Source: Tubiluchus corallicola (lineage: Eukaryota; Animalia; Priapulida). Taken from it: a DNA stretch of 54,428 bases. Positions 49,456 to 54,428 of the stretch are shown piece by piece; positions within the stretch are counted from its first letter, which is position 1; every line of letters starts with the position of its first letter. The notes below the pieces were generated by a model. That model had not been told where the DNA came from, searched no databases, and worked only from the letters and a program-made list of their open reading frames with translations. The position numbers and the translations under genes are program-made. The stretch spans positions 1 through 54,428 of the forward strand of contig JAQGDQ010001219.1 of the NCBI GenBank assembly GCA_030141605.1, in the 5' to 3' direction.

Positions 49456-52400
49456 TCATTGTCCAAGCTCATTGCTAAGGATCAGGGACTCCTTTCTGTC
49501 CACATATTGCTTAAGCTTATTGATATGAACAATTCTAGTGTCCTTCCGTCTACCCTTCTTGCCAAAACAAACTTTATAAGTCCAATCGGATACTTTGTCT
49601 GTTATTTGATATGGGCCTCTCCATCCTGGTTGCATCTTTTTGCCTTTCCTCATCCTCTGAACCATCACTTTATCGCCAACCTCGAAACTTCTTTCTTTTG
49701 ACACCCGGTCGTACCAGCGTTTCTGGGATAATTTGGCTTCCTGAAGCGATTTATGAGCGTCTTCTGTCGATGTCTCTAATGCATTAATAACTCGTGCAAC
49801 ATACTCATCGACATCTTCAAGACTTGGCGGTTTGGAACAACCCCATCGCTCTTTAAGCATGGTCAGCGGACCACGTACTGGGTAGCCAAAGACAAGTTCA
49901 TTTGGGCTGTACCCTGTGGAATCCTGTGGAACTTCACGGTATGAGAAAAGCACATAATCAATTGCGAGATCCCAGGGAAGAGACGAGAAATCTTGTGTTA
50001 GGCGTAAAATAGACTTCTTTAGCGTGTCATTATATTTCTCGACGAGTCCATTCGTTGAAGGTGAGTATGGACTAGTGAAAATACCTTTGACACCGAGCTG
50101 ATCCTCCAGCTCTTTGGTCAAGTTTGAAGTGAACTGGGTGCCACAGTCCGTTAATATTTGGCGAGGGATGCCGTATCTACAACAGAATTTCAGCAGTGCA
50201 TTTAACACGGTGACAGTCTGTATATCTACTAGCGGATATGCGTCCGGATAACGTGTTGCATGGTCCACTATTACTAAAGCCCAACGATTACCAGAAGGTG
50301 TACGATCAAGCGGCCCAATTAAGTCCATCCCTATGGTACGAAATGCCGTGTCTACAATAGGTAACGGTTTCAAAGGGGCTCTGTCTGCTCGGCGTGAACG
50401 CGCTGTTTTCTGGCACGTCAGACAGGAACGACAATATTCCCTTACGGAACGTTTAAGACGAGGCCATATATATTCTTGAAGAATTCTCTGAGTTGTCTTG
50501 TTTATGCCCAAGTGTCCGGCTAATTTACTTCCGTGCGCAAGTTGTAAAACTTCCTTGCGGCGAAATTTGGGTAGTACAAGCAGCTCCCTAGGTGCTTGGT
50601 GCTGTTTTCCTTTAGATAAATAGAATAACGCACCTCCGCGCAAAAAGTACCCTTTGCCTAATTTATATGCCTCTTCTTCTGTGCACGCGTTATCAATAAT
50701 ATTACGTATAGTGACATCCTCTTTTTGCTCTTCGCTGATCTGTTCAATTGTGACGTCAAGAAGCTGTTTCTGATCTTCAGCAGGCGAGTCCTTAACCGCT
50801 AGGCCATCGTTTGATGCTGACGAATCAAATACTTGCTGTTGTAACAGCGTGTCCTGCTTGACTTGAGCTTCTAGCTTGTCAGCCTGCGAGCGAGTTATTG
50901 CATAAATTGACTCCACATCTGTCGCTGATTGAGGCTTTTGTTTCGGTTGTGATTTACTTGCAGCATTCTTCTTTGGTTTAACGCTGTATTTACCCACTTC
51001 TTTATTAAATTTTGAAGCTTTTTCAGCATTCTCCGGGAATGGCTTTAACGCTGACTCGTAATTATTTCCAAGTAAAAAGTCAACAGGTAAATTATCGCTT
51101 ACGCTTACAGTCAGAATACCAGAGAAGCCAGGCCCAATAATTTCAACCTCCGCTAATTTACTTTGCCTCATATCACCGCACGCGCATACGAACTTGTGTC
51201 GGAGTTCATTTAAATACTGATTAGCGCGAACGAATTTAGCATGTAACATGCTTACACCAGCTCCAGTGTCTCTTTGACCTTTTACCACGTAACCGTTAAT
51301 TTTTGCTGTAAAACCAACGGGTTGTTTTCGGCCAGGTACGTGATGCCAATCATCATCATTATTTGGCATCTTTATTTCCGGTGTGCTAAACAATTGTTTG
51401 CCAGGTTTACCAAATACAGCAGCATTAGCAGGTCGCATGACGTGTTCAGTTCCCAAACGCGATCGACATTCGCTGCGCCTATGACCAGGCTTTCCACATG
51501 CGTAACAATGCATTTTGGTTGCAAGATTCTGGCTCATATTTGTATTGCTCGCGCCTCCACCTTGCGACGTGGCAACATTGGGTTTACCAGTCTTTTTAAA
51601 TGAATAAACATTTTTCCCAGGAAGGGAAGTGATTTGTCTCGCTGCGACAAATTGATCTGCCCGTTGGGCCATCTTCTCAATTGTCCTGATGCTATCCGTC
51701 TTTAACCAAGTGGCCAAATCGTGTGGCATCAAACTAAGCGCTTGTTCAATTACTACTGCTTCATTAACAGCCTCAAAAGTCTCAGCTTGTATGGCTTCAA
51801 GATAGTCGCGCCAACTATTATCCAAGCGTCTGAAAAGCTGGCGATAACTTTCATTCTTAAGCTTTATTGTACCGCGGAATCTCTCCAGGTAAACGTCATT
51901 GCTTAGAATATACGCGCCAAGCAAAGCTTTGCGAACGTACGTGTAGTTCCGCATCTCAGACTCGGGAATCTGCTGAAAAGCGTCTGCTGCTCGGCCAGAC
52001 AAAGATGGGCCAATACACGCCGCGAAGTCTGCTCTATCAATATTGTTTGCAGCAGCACAAGCTTGAAACCAATCAAGAAACTTTTGTATATCGTCCTTGG
52101 TTTCATCAAAGGGACGTATTTTCATGAGCTTTAATTTGTCAACGGTAGAGTCCGCTTGACGACTATAGAAAGGACTGGCCTGTGACATCATTGGCGACTG
52201 ACTGACCGGACTGGCAGCGGTCAATTCAAGTTTACGTAACTCCATCTCGGCCATAATGCGCTCATGCTCTAATTGTAACTTTTTTGCTTCAGTTTCTGCT
52301 TCTAACCGTCGAATTTGCAGAAATGTTTGAGCAGCAGCTTCGTTAACTGTAGAAAGAGACTCTAAGGTGACGTCTGTCATTCTCTCTGTAGTTCTTCTAC

Positions 52401-52725
52401 GACGAGGAGTCGGCGTTGGCGACTGCTCTGTAACTATCATATGTTTTGGTTTCACACTGACATCAGGGGTTTTTGCTGCTTCTGTCGGGTCAGAGGCTTC
52501 CGCGCATAGTAAAGGCTGATTCATACCCGCGTCGAAAGTGTCAAGTTCTGCACCCTCATCACGTTTTCCCTCTTCAGGGCAACCCGCGGCCTTGAGAATT
52601 GCAGTAATTAAAACAGCCCGTCTCGAAGTAGGGTCGACTAAGAGATGTAGTTCTGCTACAATATTCTGCAACTGCTCTTTATTAAGAGTCATTAACTCTG
52701 AAAGTTTGTATCTAACATCAGACAT
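49456..52725 (-). CDS. Gmr1-like Gag (SCAN-like capsid, CCHC) - aspartic protease - integrase polyprotein
   Basis: YLERFR...EQALSLMP (SCAN-like), CYACGKPGHRRSEC, RDTGA, H..AGHLG...CLTCQ, MDLIGP/TDCGTQF/NGLVEKYN, GPY. First ATG at 52725 (the ORF track starts at a TTG at 52740). Confidence 0.93.
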   Translation of the reverse strand: MSDVRYKLSELMTLNKEQLQNIVAELHLLVDPTSRRAVLITAILKAAGCPEEGKRDEGAELDTFDAGMNQPLLCAEASDPTEAAKTPDVSVKPKHMIVTEQSPTPTPRRRRTTERMTDVTLESLSTVNEAAAQTFLQIRRLEAETEAKKLQLEHERIMAEMELRKLELTAASPVSQSPMMSQASPFYSRQADSTVDKLKLMKIRPFDETKDDIQKFLDWFQACAAANNIDRADFAACIGPSLSGRAADAFQQIPESEMRNYTYVRKALLGAYILSNDVYLERFRGTIKLKNESYRQLFRRLDNSWRDYLEAIQAETFEAVNEAVVIEQALSLMPHDLATWLKTDSIRTIEKMAQRADQFVAARQITSLPGKNVYSFKKTGKPNVATSQGGGASNTNMSQNLATKMHCYACGKPGHRRSECRSRLGTEHVMRPANAAVFGKPGKQLFSTPEIKMPNNDDDWHHVPGRKQPVGFTAKINGYVVKGQRDTGAGVSMLHAKFVRANQYLNELRHKFVCACGDMRQSKLAEVEIIGPGFSGILTVSVSDNLPVDFLLGNNYESALKPFPENAEKASKFNKEVGKYSVKPKKNAASKSQPKQKPQSATDVESIYAITRSQADKLEAQVKQDTLLQQQVFDSSASNDGLAVKDSPAEDQKQLLDVTIEQISEEQKEDVTIRNIIDNACTEEEAYKLGKGYFLRGGALFYLSKGKQHQAPRELLVLPKFRRKEVLQLAHGSKLAGHLGINKTTQRILQEYIWPRLKRSVREYCRSCLTCQKTARSRRADRAPLKPLPIVDTAFRTIGMDLIGPLDRTPSGNRWALVIVDHATRYPDAYPLVDIQTVTVLNALLKFCCRYGIPRQILTDCGTQFTSNLTKELEDQLGVKGIFTSPYSPSTNGLVEKYNDTLKKSILRLTQDFSSLPWDLAIDYVLFSYREVPQDSTGYSPNELVFGYPVRGPLTMLKERWGCSKPPSLEDVDEYVARVINALETSTEDAHKSLQEAKLSQKRWYDRVSKERSFEVGDKVMVQRMRKGKKMQPGWRGPYQITDKVSDWTYKVCFGKKGRRKDTRIVHINKLKQYVDRKESLILSNELGQ

Positions 52726-53342
52726 TTTTATACTTTGCAAGATGACTACAGACTGCCAAGTAGGTACACAAAGTAAGGAGTAAATCTATGTTTAACCACT
52801 CTCACTCACTCTCACTTTACGCATCAGCGTTAGCTACTATCAACCGACTTTTTGGCAGGGCAAAAATAATTTATGCGAAATGTTAAAAGCAAGTTTGGAA
52901 AAATAATCTTATTAAACCGTTTTCGCTGCTGTTATAACTGCTGCGAAACCACGTTCAAGTTTTGGCGACCTTGAACCAGCTATCTGCCCGACCCGGACAA
53001 AATATTTTTCTCACAACTTGATTTTATAAACAAGCAGCAAAGCTAACGTATGAGCAAGGTAAAATTTGAACTAGAAATGGCTATATCTAGTTTAGAGAAA
53101 CGGATTAGATTATACAGCCTGTACTGAATAAATTCTTGGGAAAATTCCAGTGAATTAACGTGATATCCTTCACAGTTACCAAAAGCTTACTAGTCGCTTA
53201 ATCAGTTTAAGCAAATTACTAATATTTATGCAACAGGTTGAAAATTATGACATTTTCACAACCAACGTAGCAGTTCCACTGCATTTAAGTGCTAATAGGA
53301 AGGCAATATCAATTATATACTATTAATATTAAACTCGGTAAA

Positions 53343-53355
53343 ACTTCTGACACCA
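53343..53355 (-). promoter_or_regulatory. Primer-binding site, tRNA-Leu
   Basis: TGGTGTCAGAAGT, 1 nt after the 5' LTR; complementary to the ...ACTTCTGACACCA 3' end of tRNA-Leu (recalled). Confidence 0.85.
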
Positions 53356-53356
53356 A

Positions 53357-54427
53357 TGTAACATTTGAACATAATGTGCCCATATTAGGCATTAAGTAAT
53401 TATCGTTACCTGAGTAAAACAATTAAATCCACATCGTTACTGCAATGAATCAGTCTAATTTAGCTGACAAATAACATAGTAACATATGAATATTGTAATA
53501 CTTCTTGCGCTCACGTGACGTCCTGCATACAAGGCGAGGTCTCCTCCAGTACTTGGGTAGGACCGGTCCTTCCTCACGCACGTTGTGGTAATGCAGCAGA
53601 ATTCGGTTTACACAGCTTTCCCTCCAACAGGCCGGACACGTAGTAGAGTCTCTGGAGATCGGATAATGAGAAGATCATCTCCTCCGAGTTCCCACACAGA
53701 ACGGAAGCGATTTAGATCATCGAACGTGAAGTCAAAGGTGACAATATCTTTATCCAACGAGGAGGTGATTAGGCTATGTAACGAATGCCTAATTTAACAA
53801 ATGTCTCTCAGCAGTTGCGTAACTGACGAGGTTTCACCAACAAAAGAGGAACAGCGTTCACCAATGAATAAAAAGAACATAGTAATGAACAAACCATCCA
53901 TTTTCTTGTTCAATCATCGTAAAAGAAACCATGATATAGTTATATCAGACCATTTTTCAACACGGCCATTCTACTCTCCCCGCCACGTAGGCCAATATGT
54001 CTAATATCCAGCCCTCGAAAGCTAGCCGACCAATCAGAAACGAGTTCTGGGTGAAGTGACCTCAGTAGTACAGCGACGAAGCTTTCACATTTGTTCAAAC
54101 ACGGGCATAATATTATCATGGAAAAAATTGTTGCTAAACGTATTTTCGCTTGAAAAATACAAGTCATGTTGAAACGAAACGAATTTCATCTTCTTCTGCC
54201 TAATTACATATTTAAGGTAGCTTAACAGAAAAATGGCTTCATTTAATGGTAACTTCATCGAAAATAATGCTACTCTTGACTAAAGATGGCAGCACAAGAT
54301 TGGAACATAAAAATCAATACATCAATATTATCAATCATTAGGTAAACAATTCGTGATACCGTTAAGATTAATACTTAAAGTGAAAAATAATTAGTTGCAG
54401 TAATCTGCTGGATGGGGGACCATCACA
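53357..54427 (-). repeat. 5' LTR (1071 bp)
   Basis: Direct repeat of 47178-48247; I spotted 5 substitutions and one 1-nt indel. Confidence 0.95.
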
Positions 54428-54428
54428 G

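Larger units (their letters stand above)
47178..54427 (-). mobile_element. Ty3/Gypsy LTR retrotransposon, Gmr1-like clade, two LTRs, reverse-transcriptase core deleted
   Basis: TG...CA LTRs, tRNA-Leu PBS, PPT, and gag-PR-IN followed by an RT-thumb/RNase H remnant (PR-IN-RT-RH order is the hallmark of Gmr1-like Gypsy elements). Confidence 0.93.

Overview
AT-rich, repeat-dense animal (probably invertebrate) genomic DNA with no sign of prokaryotic organisation. Recognisable parts: (i) two halves of a BEL/Pao LTR-retrotransposon family in opposite orientations (5' LTR+PBS+gag-protease at 6.9-9.2 kb, +; integrase end+PPT+3' LTR at 43.0-44.9 kb, -); (ii) a young Gypsy element with Gmr1-type domain order (gag-PR-IN-[RT deleted]-RNaseH) and near-identical 1.07-kb LTRs at 47.2-54.4 kb (-); (iii) minisatellites with 43-, 23-, 90-, 32- and 65-bp units. 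The most interesting part is 9.2-28.6 kb. It is a tandem plus inverted array of 1.4-4.4-kb units, each delimited by a minimal hammerhead-ribozyme motif (5 copies) that lies in the 3' end of a decayed Penelope-like GIY-YIG ORF. The units share a constant backbone ending in a 90-bp hairpin-rich minisatellite, and then carry different host-like cargo (a TTLL exon, a TauD-family dioxygenase, an intact intronless GT8 xylosyltransferase). All cargo is joined at nearly the same position of the 90-bp unit. I interpret this (inference) as a non-autonomous, ribozyme-delimited gene-capturing element. All alignments and counts were made by eye, so boundaries of diverged repeats are approximate.
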